From Epiperipatus broadwayi (Eukaryota; Animalia; Onychophora), in contig JAQFVV010000006.1 in the NCBI GenBank assembly GCA_028023455.1, forward strand, positions 9,548,001-9,612,000: a DNA stretch of 64,000 bases. The letters run 5' to 3'. The first letter of the stretch is position 1. The number at the start of each line of letters is the position of its first letter. The notes beneath the pieces were generated by a model. The model had not been told where the DNA came from, did no database searches, and saw only the letters and a list, made by a program, of their open reading frames with translations. The translations under genes and the position numbers were made by a program. Below are positions 13,050-24,520 of this stretch, piece after piece.

Positions 13050-13850
13050 AATTATATTTAAATATTACAGACTCAGCCTGTATCCTGCCCATCTCTCTTC
13101 TGTGTATTCAAATGGACAAAATTCTATACATGAGAGATCACAGTGACTTAAAGTCAACATGGGCATGACAATAATATTGGCATGAACAAGGGATGTGGAC
13201 ATTCCATCATCAGATTTTCAATAGTATGGATGGTCAAAGAGTTGGAGAGTGGAGTAGATTTAAGCCTGTCCATTAAAGTTTGAAGATTTGCTATCTTAAT
13301 ATAAACTGAGTACTGATTATATATGTGTGGGAGATGATGATCCGGACCAACTGATGAATGCTGGTTCAGCATGAAATTCATATATTGGATATCATTTATC
13401 TTTTTCACATGTATGTGATCATGTGTATTGGTTATATAAGATAGAGTGAATGACTGAAGGATGCTTGAAAGTCTAGGTTCAAATTTTCTCTAATTACATC
13501 TAGCTTAAGTATATATACTATACTTATATTTAAATATTACAGATTGAGACTATATTCTACCAATATGCCATCATCAGATTTTCAATGACATGGATGGCTG
13601 AAGAGTTCAAGAATGGAGAAGATTGAAGTCTGTCCATTAAAGTTTGAAGATTTGCTATTTTAATATAAACTAAGCACTGATTATATATATATGGAAGAGA
13701 TAATAATACAGACCAACTGATGAGTGATGGTTTAGCAAGAAATATGTAATTTGGAGGTCATTTATCTTTTTCACATGTGGTCAAGTGTGTATTGGTTGTA
13801 TAAAATGGAGTGGGTGACTGAAAGAAGTTTGAAACTCTGGGTTCAATTCC
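13050..13850 (+). mobile_element. HH-E head-to-tail dimer (period ~472 bp; second unit internally deleted)
   Basis: tttaaatattacag at 13057 and 13529; hammerhead cores at 13351 and 13717. Confidence 0.85.
13337..13395 (+). ncRNA. Type I hammerhead ribozyme (HH-E), core intact
   Basis: AUGAUCC-GGA-CCAA-CUGAUGA-AUGCUG-GUU-CAGCAU-GAAA-UUCAU-AUA|UUGG-AUAUCAU; predicted cleavage after 13384; helix III partly mutated. Confidence 0.85.
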
Positions 13851-14864
13851 TAATTAAATCTTATTATTTTAAATAATATGTATTACGTAATTTAGATATT
13901 AACATAATTGTTAAAATAAATTTTGGAAATCACATTATAACTATGAAATATTGAAATTCAAATTATTTTTAGAGATTAAATATACTCACATTTTACCCAT
14001 CCTAATTCTTTATTACACACATGAACTTTAATATTCTTTAAATAAAAATGGAAATTATCCAGAATAAATAATAATAAATGCAAATCAAATTATAATAATG
14101 TTGTAGGTAGTTCTTAGCATGAATCTTATGTAGAATGTGAAATTGAAATTTCCCAAAAAAGAATTAAAATGATATTTTTAGTATCACTTTTTAAATACTT
14201 TTATTTTAGTTAGAAATTATTAATTTGTTTATTTGGCTAAAGTCTTATAAGCAATTTTTAATATGCTTCTATCGAATGGATTTTCTTCAAATTTTGTACA
14301 CATGTTAGATAACAATGGCAATGCAATATTTCAGGATTATTCAACTATTTATCCAGTCTAACTGTTGTTGGGATAAATTTCAAACCATATTGATATTGCT
14401 TCAGCAAGTTTTGTTTGATGTGCAATAGAAGGTGGTATATTTTTAAAAATACACACACATTAAATTAAAAAGTATTTCTGGTTAATTCAAATTGAAGAAA
14501 AAAAAATGAAAGATAAATCTTAATTTGTCTTGATTGTTGCATTAAAACTTGCCCCTTTTTTTTAAATGTTGCCTCCATAAAGACCAAAATTTTGTAAAAT
14601 AATTGTTAAATACTGGAAATGCAATGTTATTGTTTTGATTGTGAGATTAAAATTTGAATGTCCAATGCAAAATATTCAAATATAATGTTCTTATTTAATT
14701 TGATTACCAAAAACCAACAATTATTTTTGCTTCAATCACAATTTTGGTTGTTACCTGTAACTTGAATAAACATTTGGGATATCTATAATTCAATCATTAT
14801 TTTCAAAACTAATGATTGGATGAATTATTTTAAGGATGTTCCCCACTGTTATTTACATGAGGCT

Positions 14865-15185
14865 AAACTCTACTTACAGTAGCACCACTCAGTTAAAGCC
14901 AGAGTAATCAATGGCTGCAAGATTTGTGCGTAAAATACCTATCTAGTGCCTACTCATCCAATATCCCCAGATTAGTTTCTAACTTGTGGCTTTCATCACT
15001 GAGGAAATTGTAGGTGCAGTGCTCTCAAATCCAAGGCTCTCACTGATGAAAGCCGCAAGCTAGAAACTAGTTTGGGGATATTGGATGTATAGGCACAAGA
15101 TAGGGATTTTATACCCAAATTTTCCTGCATCCATTGATTACTCTGGCTTGCACTGAGTGGCACTACTGTATGGGGAGTGTGATAT
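14865..15185. mobile_element. HH-A fold-back pair
   Basis: - copy ~14865-15005 and + copy ~15010-15185 are mutual reverse complements. Confidence 0.85.
15029..15086 (+). ncRNA. Type I hammerhead motif (HH-A)
   Basis: AUCCAA..CUCA-CUGAUGA-AAGC-CGCAA-GCUA-GAAAC-UA-GUU|UGGGG..UUGGAU; distal helix I AUCCAA/UUGGAU. Confidence 0.75.
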
Positions 15186-16184
15186 TTAGTGGTTTAATAA
15201 TCAAAATTATAGTTGAAGAAAAAAAATGGGGGGGGGTAATGTATTACCAAATTAAATAAAAGCATTTTTATTAAATATCTGTGTATATATTACTACAAAT
15301 CATAAATTAAATGTAATGATTTTCTCTAGGTCAGTGCAAAGCTTCCAAAATTTATGCAAATTCATATTGTTCAATCTTTGTGTAAAATACTGTTAAAGTA
15401 ATTTTCCTTAATTTTTTTTTTAAATTCACTGTCAAAATATAAAACAAAATAGTACAATACACAAAAGGTAATTCAATTAAATTCCCATTATTTTCTAATT
15501 TTTGGTATTGTATTTATGTCCATGTATTTTATCCTTTAAAGTATATTTGGATTAACCCATGTAAAACTGTTCATATATATACATATTTTATTAAAAGCCA
15601 GTCAATACTTAGACAATCCCAATATCATTAACAATCAACAATTTCAAACTGTTGTCAAGGCAACATCCTTTTAACAATAAAGGCAATATTTTGTATATAA
15701 TACTATATTGATTAAACTTTTTCAAGAAGTGTTTACTAGCAATAAATCATCATATGACCTCAATTTACATAATGTTGTTCAGTAGCAAATTCTTTTTTCT
15801 CTCATGATCACTATGCCACCTAGTGTAAGCTTTGGTAATCAAGAAATGCCAGGTGATAATGCTTAATAAATCCCAATGCTGTGTATTCTTTTTTCATATT
15901 GATTATGCCACCTAGTATACATTTTAATAACTTTAGTAAGAAAAAAAATTTTGCTATTAAAAATATTTACTGTTAATCAATAATCTTTCTATATTTAGAG
16001 CTATGTTGAAATATTCAGAAATAACATGTAATTGAATTATGTAATCATATATTAAAAATCTGTACATTGTTTGCTTTGTGTAACTCAATCAAACTCCTTA
16101 CTATATCCATTTATCTCATATGTGGTCTCATCTAGCACTATCACAATATGTTGGGATCCACTCTAAGACTTCTCTTATTCACCT

Positions 16185-16445
16185 TGCAAGGAAATCAAGT
16201 CATACATCACGTGACTTAATTTAATAAGCTTGTTACTACAAATGTTATATAATGAGCATGAATATCTCTTAACAAGCTTTCAGAATATCCCTATCCCCAG
16301 ACCGATGTTGGCTGTCTTCAGTGAAGCACTAATGTCTAATATCTGAATATCCAAGTGACTCACTGAAGACAGCCAATAGCTAGAAACCGGTCCAGGGATA
16401 GGGATATTCAGAAAAGCTTGGTAAAATCTATTTGTGCTCATTATA
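16185..16445. mobile_element. HH-C fold-back pair
   Basis: 16270-16330 (-, core partly deleted) is inverted relative to 16345-16420 (+). Confidence 0.85.
16345..16409 (+). ncRNA. Type I hammerhead motif (HH-C), core intact
   Basis: GAAUAUCC..CUCA-CUGAAGA-CAGC-CAAUA-GCUA-GAAAC-CG-GUC|CAGGG..GGAUAUUC; 8-bp distal helix I; cleavage predicted after 16392. Confidence 0.8.
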
Positions 16446-16989
16446 TAATCTAGTGCCATGCTTATTAAATCCTAATATAGAATAAATGAATATATATTAT
16501 GACTTAAGATACATAGATATGTGAATGTCTTTAAAAAAAAGTTTAACCAAAAATAGTCAAAATTATTTTTTTGACTAAAAAAAAATGTAGGCTTTCTAAA
16601 TAATATTGTGAGGATTTTTAGTTCACTAAAACTATAAAAAAAAACTGGCTGAAATTAATTTTAAAATATATATGGCATTTTGAAATCTTTTTAATTGAGT
16701 TAAAAGAAAAAGAAGAGAATCTATCAAAAATGTTTTTTAATCTAGTGTATAATCTTAATCTTAAGAAAAGGGTTGGTGGAAGTTTTTTTTAAAAAAATAT
16801 TTTAATTAAAGTGTACAAGTAAAAGCACTTATTCATTAGATGGCATGCCTCCTGAATGCCAATCTGGTATAGACATTCTAAACAAAGAAGGGTTTAATCT
16901 TCCCCATATCAAGTTACACTCAATTCAGGCACCTACTAATTAGGGGAATGTCATATGACCACCATTTCATATACTTATATATGCTATTA

Positions 16990-17290
16990 ATAAAAACAGC
17001 AAACTCTCCATACAGTAGTGTCACGCAGTGCACACCTTAGTAATCGATAGATGCAAAAAGGTTTGTGCATAGAATCTTTAACTAGTGTCTATTCATCCAA
17101 TATTCCCACTCTTCTAGTTTGTGGCTTTTATCAGTGAGGAGCCTTACATCTGAGAGCACTGCATCCAAGTTCATTCTCTTACATAGTCATATAGACCTGA
17201 ATCCAGTTTAGCATCTATACATTTGGTGTCTTTGATTTTTCAAAAACCGCAGTCATTATTATTCCATAGGCAGGATTGATATAAAAACCA
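16990..17290 (-). repeat. HH-A copy, degenerate core
   Basis: aaaacagcaaactctccatacagtagtg...catccaatattccc...tgtggcttttatcagtgagg...gaatccagtttagcatc. Confidence 0.75.
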
Positions 17291-17339
17291 CAAAAAATCG
17301 CATGATCATCATTTCATATGTTTACAAAATCTAATAATA

Positions 17340-17640
17340 CCAACAGCAAACTCTCCATAGAATAGTGCCACCTGGTGCAAGCCTTTATAATCAATAGATG
17401 CAAGGTGTGTGCATAAAATCTCTGCCTATCTCCAGACTAGTTTCTAGCTTGTGGCTTTCATCAGTCAGGAAGCATTGAATCTGAGTGCACTGCTCCTAGA
17501 TCTTAGGATCACTGATGAAAGCCACAACTAGAAACTAGTCTGGGGATATTGGATGAGTAGGCATTAGATAGAGATTTTATGAATAAACCCTTGTGCATCC
17601 ATTGATTACTAAGGCTTGCACTGGGTGGCACTACTATAAT
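17340..17640. mobile_element. HH-A fold-back pair with two near-intact cores
   Basis: - core 17435-17464 reads CUGAUGAAAGCCACAAGCUAGAAACUAGUC; + core 17512-17540 is the same with one G missing; inversion at agatcttaggatc. Confidence 0.85.
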
Positions 17641-18080
17641 CTACTAAGTTCTGTACATTTCTCCACCAAAGAACAACATAGTAACCTAAAGATAATGAAC
17701 TCTGTCTTTATCAGCAAAATAACTATTAATTTATTTTCAATCTACATCTGGATTCAAAAAGAGAATCAATCATTCCAGTAAGTTTTTGCACAAGTAAATC
17801 ACTTTAACATTTCTTTAAGACATTTTCATTATTATCTCAAATAACTAAGTTAGCTAAATCAATCAAATGTCCTGTTCTCAAACATTAAATGTGTGCATTT
17901 TAAATAATATACATCTTCAATTAATTTTATTGACAAATTTTGTATATCTATCTAACAATTTATATATTAATAATTTGAAATACTATTAATATCTCTTATG
18001 AAATCATGCTTTTTTTATCATTCTGTTTACTATATATTTTTAGGTATAAATATTATTGTAAACATACTTGTATATAATAT

Positions 18081-18400
18081 TTCATCATCATCATTTTCCA
18101 CCATTACTAGTCTACTTCTGGATTAAAGTTTCTCCAATCCATCTTTTCTGATCTTTAGCTTCTCTGCTTCACATCTCCCCAACAGACTTCCTTATTTATC
18201 TATCTCACATTTGGTCTTTTTCTAGGTCTTTTACAATCGTTTGGAATCCGATTTAAGATGTCAACTGTCCATCTATTATCATCTCTTTTAAAAATATGTC
18301 CAGCCGAACTCCATTTCAGTCTTTTAATTTTTTAAATAATATCAGTAACATTTGTTTGTTCTCTCACTCATAAGATTTCATTTTGTTTCTTCTTGATAAC
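18081..18400 (-). mobile_element. RTE LINE 3' end with (TGA)n tail
   Basis: Homologous to 1180-1590 and 49880-50062; tcatcatcatcat at ~18083-18095. Confidence 0.8.
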
Positions 18401-19524
18401 AAGTAGAGATTGTTAATTGTTATTAATATTGGGATTGTCTAAGTATTGACTATTATTAATGATTACTTAAAAATCCATTTAGCCTTGAGCATTATTGCAC
18501 TTATTATTTAAGAAGTACTTTGAGTGCATTAGTCTATATTCAGACAAAGTTATTTTAAGATTTCTTTAAACTTCTTTGTATCAATAATTTCAATCTCTGT
18601 AGTCAAGTTGCAATCTTTGGTGTCTGTATAAATTATATTGGGCCATATATAAAGGTGGGGATTCCATCTTTATTGTTAAAAGGAGGTTGCCTTGATAACA
18701 GATCGAGATTATTGATTGTTATTGATCTTGGGATCGTCTAAAATGTTACCCAATTTTAAAGATGGTTATATATATATATAAAACCACTTTATATTAATCC
18801 CTTATTAACTTAGGAATAAATATAAAATAAAAGTGAATTATTTAAAGTGAAATATATTGCTTATTTTTATGTCAGTCAGTTTGTAGGCATGGATGTCATG
18901 GCATCCTACAGTTCTTGCATATCCAAGCAAGATGCAAAACAGGTAATATCTATTACAAATAATTTTGTATTCTTTCATCATGATGGCTTTAATCATAATC
19001 AGCAACAATGGGGTGGCTATTTGGTCATATACAATTGTTTCAGTATATAATTGGCTTACCAATGTGTAGAATATATATATGATAATGCTAATATAAATAC
19101 ATTGATTTTTTTTAAGTAGAAAGGAGGCAAAATTATTTGCAATAGATATCGCCTATTTTACATCATGCTTGGATAAGCGTGAACTGTAGGATTCCATGAC
19201 ACACATGCGTACAAACTGATTGACATAAAAATAAACAATATTTTTCATTTTAAGTAATTCACTTTTAAAGATTTTCTAAAAAATAGTTTGATATATTAAT
19301 TGGCGGGGGAAAAATATTTAACTTCATCATGCAGAAAAGATTGGCGAGTTTATTGACTTTCATCTCAAACTTGTCATGCAAAAAAATTATCTTATTTCCT
19401 TCTTAAAAATCTGGCAGTTTCTTATTGAATCACTGGTTGAGGCAAATCTCAATTAAACTGCCAGTATCTCTTTCAATTCACTCAAATATTTAGCATTTTT
19501 CTGAAGATTTGTGATGATGGTCTA

Positions 19525-19920
19525 CTAGGTGTGATAATATGTTGGACTATTTGTATCATCTATCATTAAATGTTGCATGTACAATAAGAAATACCACACA
19601 AATAGACAGCACAGGTTAGTAAATACATGTTTCGAATAGTATTATTCTCCACTCTTTGCTGGTCAGGCCAGCAACAATATTAGCGTAGGAGTTGAACTTA
19701 ACATCTTTAGATTCTCGAATATAGAATTTTAAGACAATGCTCTAACCAACTGAGCTATTCTAAAAAAGAGGGGAGAATACTATTACTCAAAAGCTGTGTA
19801 ACTACCTGTACTGTATATTTGGGTGTTATTTCTATTTGAAAAGTTTAAATAAAATTTACAATTCTCTATACATTCAACGTTTAATGATAGATGATGGAAA
19901 TAATCCAACATATTATCGCA
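19525..19920. repeat. Fold-back with ~130-bp arms enclosing a tRNA-like segment
   Basis: gtgtgataatatgttggactattt...attctccactcttt vs aaagagggagaatac...ccaacatattatcgc. Confidence 0.75.
19680..19762 (-). pseudogene. tRNA-derived sequence or SINE head
   Basis: Reverse strand has a perfect A box TAGCTCAGTTGGTTAGAGC followed by a degenerate B box (aagttcaactcc); cloverleaf not intact. Confidence 0.5.
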
Positions 19921-20211
19921 ACTAAGATATTTAGATATTAAAGAATTTATAAACATTCGACAATTACTTTATGAGTATGCTCAATTATTCAAGATTAGAA
20001 TCTTTTTCTGGAAAATGGTGTCGAGATAATTGTTTTTAGTATATATATTTGAATTTTGATCTTATTAAAATGCAGGGAATATGAATCATTTCTTTGTTAA
20101 CTGTGTAATTTTAGGGGTTAAATCTACATTATTAGATAGCACTGATACCTATAATAGCATATAACATAGATCACTAAAAAGTATAGTATTAAACTTACAA
20201 TCACTACACAA

Positions 20212-20670
20212 GTAATATTTACTAAGGCTGTAAACTCAAGAATATGCGGTAAAAATGCGATGGTAGGGACCTCTACAGGTTTTAACCACAAGCTTACATT
20301 TTGGAAGAAAAGAGGGGAACCCTTCTTTACTTCAACCTACTTTTTATATAAATAGGTGAAGCTGAAGCGGTTAGATCTGAGAGCGTGAAGCTATTCAATA
20401 CTTCACTGATTAAATCCACATTTCTTATTACAAATTAATACTCGCGAAATCTTTCGAATTACAAGTCAATGGAAAGATCTTATAGTTAGAAATCTATTAC
20501 GATAATTTAAAGTTGTAATTATAAATTTATTTAAATGCACATTGATTACGTAAGTAATATTTACTAAGGATGTAACCTCAAGAGTGTGTGTGTAAAAATG
20601 CGATAGCAGGGACTTCTACAGGTCTCAACCACAAGCTTACATTTTGGAAAAAAGGAAGGAAACCCTTAGT
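20212..20670. repeat. Family G: partial tandem of a 342-bp unit
   Basis: gtaatatttactaagg at 20212 and 20554; about 115 bp repeated; same family as the insertion at 43590. Confidence 0.8.
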
Positions 20671-21219
20671 TTGAATTCAAAACCTTGGAGTATAAAATCA
20701 ATAAGACATCATATGACCCCTTTTGCAGCATTATGTAGAAAAGGGGATCATATGTCTTACTGGCTTTATACTTATCTTGGCCAAAATGTAGAAGTGCCTA
20801 TAGTTACTAAAAAACTAACAAAACCATAATATATACATACTGAACTAATTTCAAAACTATATATAAGCCAATTAGAATTTTTAAAAAGATCCCAAATTTG
20901 GGCAGATAGCTTGATAATAGATAAAAAAGGAAAAGTTGACTACTCAAGGAAAAGTCCATTAAATCCAAAAGATTCATGTCCACTTCTCCAAGATTCAAAC
21001 ACCTTCAGTGATGAAAACCATAAGCTAGGGAGAGTCTGGAGAAGTTGAATAGGACAGCACCTTTAGGGATGTATTAGGCTATACCATCTGGAATTTATTA
21101 ATTATTAAAACTTTAGGTGGCATAATCATAATGAGCAGAAAAAAATGTTGCTGGACCTTTGAATTTTAGATCATTAATTTGGGAAGGGTAAAAATATCAT
21201 TATTGAATTAATGAGAATA

Positions 21220-21550
21220 GTTACCTTGACTCTACTTTAGAATCATATACTGTTATCTTGAGAAATCAGTGGAAACCAGATAATATAGTACCATAAAATT
21301 CTCATTTCCAGACTAACCAGTTTTTGATTTGGAATAGTATTTAAAGCAGGATTTGATGTTCTTAAGTATCTAATAACTGACATTTATTTCTTTATACTAT
21401 GCAGGCTAATCAGTGACAAATTCAGGCTGACTGATCTGACACCAGAGTATTTTATCTGGAGATAATGGTACTATCACCATATACCATTTGTTTTCCACTG
21501 CTAATTCAAACTCATAGCATATGACTTTAGTATAAGTTGAAAATAACTGT
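21220..21550. repeat. Degenerate inverted repeat, unknown family
   Basis: tagaatcatatactg...cagtggaaaccaga...gtaccat vs atggtac...ttttccactg...catatgactttag. Confidence 0.5.
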
Positions 21551-21633
21551 TTTCAGATATATATTGTCATATAGTATTAAACAAATCCACTTTTCTTTAT
21601 TACTGTAACAGTGCTTGTTATTTTATTTAATCA

Positions 21634-21673
21634 ATCTGACAGTTTCGATTGACCAGCAATCTTCTTCAGAACT
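21634..21673 (-). ncRNA. HH-D hammerhead-like motif
   Basis: Reverse strand: CUGAAGA-A-GAUUG-CUGGU-CAAUC-GAAAC-U-GUC-AG; helix I only ~2 bp. Confidence 0.55.
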
Positions 21674-22059
21674 AAAAGATATGTACAAAAATTAACTTTC
21701 TTAACCAAAGGGTAGAAAGGGCTTAGATCTATATGGCTATGCCAATAATTTATTATGGGTTTAGAACTTATGGGTTCTAATTTCATATTATGTAATTGAG
21801 TATAAAGAAGTAAAAAGTATTTGCTAGGTGCGTGTGTATTAGTTTCAGCGTTGAATCCTAGTTTCGACTGATGAATGCGAAAGATAGAAATCAGTTTTAT
21901 AGCCCTATCCATCTGGTATCCATTTGATTACTTAAGCTTACAATAGATGGCTCTAAAGTAGGCTGAAAATAACTGCTCTATGATGAATATGAATAGGTAT
22001 TTGAAATCTCATATGATGCCATTATTGCATTAATGTTGAATCTCTAATAATTTTTTACT

Positions 22060-22232
22060 TGAGAGCAATCATCTCCAAAAACATCAGAAAATGTAAATCT
22101 GTCCCTACAATATATTTCAATGAACTGAGCACTCCTAATAATGCATTCTGGGACATCTGGGGAAAATAATTCAGTCAAATGCACCATAAGGCAGATTTAC
22201 ATGTTCTGATACTTTTGAAAAATATTGCTCTA
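22060..22232. repeat. Inverted repeat with ~40-bp arms
   Basis: gagcaatcatctccaaaaacatcagaaaatgtaaatctg vs cagatttacatgttctgatacttttgaaaaatattgctc. Confidence 0.6.
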
Positions 22233-22789
22233 AAATGACAAGTAATTGGAAATTTAATTTAACATTAATAATCATGGTTGTGGGTCTTTAAGAAAAAGTT
22301 CAAAGTTCATGCTTGCAGTAAAGAAGTTAGTAACAGCAAATTATCGACATATTTAATCTTTAAATTGAATTTATGTCAAGATTTTGAAACTCATATCTTA
22401 TGATTATCAGTTATATTAACATTTATACTTTATAATATGTTCATTCGGAAAAAGAATAATGATCATAATTTATTAGATAAATTGCTGATGGATATAGAGG
22501 TAGAAACCAAAATACTTATTAATGCAAGACTGTAGTCAAAAGCAAATCTGGAGTTTTAGATGTGAAGTTATCTTCTAGTATCCATTGATTTTTCAAATAA
22601 ATGGTTCTAGATTAGAACAGTGCATTACTATTTCTAGGACAAATATGCATGTAATCAATATGCCATCCTTGGCAAAAGTCCAAGTTGCTTAATATCATTA
22701 TTTTTACTCATTAGCAATCTGCTATGAGGTAAAAGCCTCTCCATGGTTAATTCAATTTGCTCAGTCCATAGCAGCTCCACAACATAATA

Positions 22790-23125
22790 ATATTCTTATT
22801 TCATCTATCTGTCTCACATATGGTCTCTTTCTGGGTCATTTAAATCTTTTGGGATCCAGTTTATGACTATTTATCCATCTATTAAAACCACTTCCAATAA
22901 TAGTTCCTTCCTTCATTTGAGTCTCTTAATTATTTCAATAATGTAAGCAATACACATTTGTTCTCTCAGCCATGTATTACATTTTGATACCTTCTTGTTA
23001 TTCCTAACACACATCTCTTCATATTTCATTCAGTAATCTGAAGTCTCTGTATCACTCCTTTGGTAAGTATCTAAGTCTCAGATTCATATATCAGAATTGG
23101 TAAAAGTATCTATTAAAAACCTTGG
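22790..23125 (-). mobile_element. RTE LINE 3' fragment
   Basis: Homologous to 1280-1590 (tcatctatctgtctcacatatggtctctttctgggtc...gggatccag). Confidence 0.75.
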
Positions 23126-23559
23126 GCATATTTTTTTTAATATTAAGTTATTGTTACCTAAAGGTGCCAACCAAATTTAATTCTTGATTAATTTCATCTG
23201 TTTTGGTTTCATCTATATTAATAATCTGACCAAAGTATATGTAGTTAGTAACTTTATTATCTTCTGAGAAAATCCATTAAATATTACTTCTGTCTTTTTA
23301 CTTGTCTATAATAACCATAAAATTAAAGTTATTAAAATATATAATTGCAGGTTTAGGGTCAGGTCTATGTAACTCTAGGATAACATAGGCTGAAACTTCT
23401 GTTCTTAAAAAAACACTTAACGTTATTATCCTATCTAATATTCTCTTATTATTTATAATGGAAGACTGTGAAAAAGTTATTCAAAATTGCCTCTAGAAGA
23501 AACAACAGAATTATTCTGAACAATAAGAAAAATGCTTGAGAGATATCAGCAGTCTCAAT

Positions 23560-24520
23560 CGAACATTACCAATGTTATGAGGAAAACTATTAAATCTTTC
23601 AAACTAGACAGTCCAATATAAAAATACAACTAGAATCCCATCACCACAAACCTTCAGGAAAACACTAGACAAATCTATAATCTTTCTCCTTGCTGACAAA
23701 GGTAGTACTGCAATTGTAATGGATATCACTAATAAATATAACTAAACAAGATAATTTCTCATAGTATTAGGTCATCATAACTATCAAAAATCATATATCA
23801 GCTACAGAAACAACTCACATTAGTTACTTCACTAAATCAGATACAAAATATTTCAGTATAATTTCGCTCTCCAGGGCCAATCTAAAATCCACAAGGACCA
23901 TGTTTCATTAAGAACTGTAGTATCACCATATGTTGTCAAGATTTATTTCAAGGTTTCTATTTTTTTTTTTTTGGCATATAAGACATATTCCTTTATCAGA
24001 AATTCTAAATACTTTTTGTAATGAGTCAAGAACATGAAAATAGAAAGGACCAACATATTAGTAAACTTTGATATGGATAGTGTATTCACAAATGTACCAT
24101 GTGTTATAAAGCATTGTCTGTCATAAGGATAAGATTAAATGCCGATAACAGCTTACAACCCAGAACAACTCTTCATATTAATAGTATAATGGACTGTTAA
24201 CATTCTGCATAATAATGACATATTTTGAATACAATATGAATTCTTCCAACAAAATCAAGGGGTGGTTATGAACTCACTAATGTCACTCATGGTTAACAAT
24301 ATTTACATGGACGAATGTGAAACCACAGCTATAATTACGACTCCATCTATAGGTCTGGCTTTACTGTAGTGATGACATATATTATATGGTCACATAGTGA
24401 AGCATTATTACCAAGATTCTGAACACAACAACAACATATATTCTTCAATTAAATTCACAGTAAAATTTCAAACAAAAATAAAAATTGCCATTCACAGATG
24501 TTCTTATAACAAGATTCCCT
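23560..24520 (+). pseudogene. Penelope-like element reverse transcriptase fossil
   Basis: Ordered PLE motifs IIFLLADKGSTAIVMD (~23677), GQSKIHKDHVSLRTVV (~23875), LVNFDMDSVFTNVP (~24058), QQNQGVVMNSLMSLMVNNIYM (~24247), degenerate YVDD + YIIWSH (~24365), SIKFT, LPFTDVLI (~24485); many stops and frameshifts. Confidence 0.85.

Noticed and set aside
21858-21885. ctgatgaatgcgaaa as a hammerhead
   Set aside because: Helix II is absent and there is no helix I or III pairing; may be chance or a very eroded remnant.
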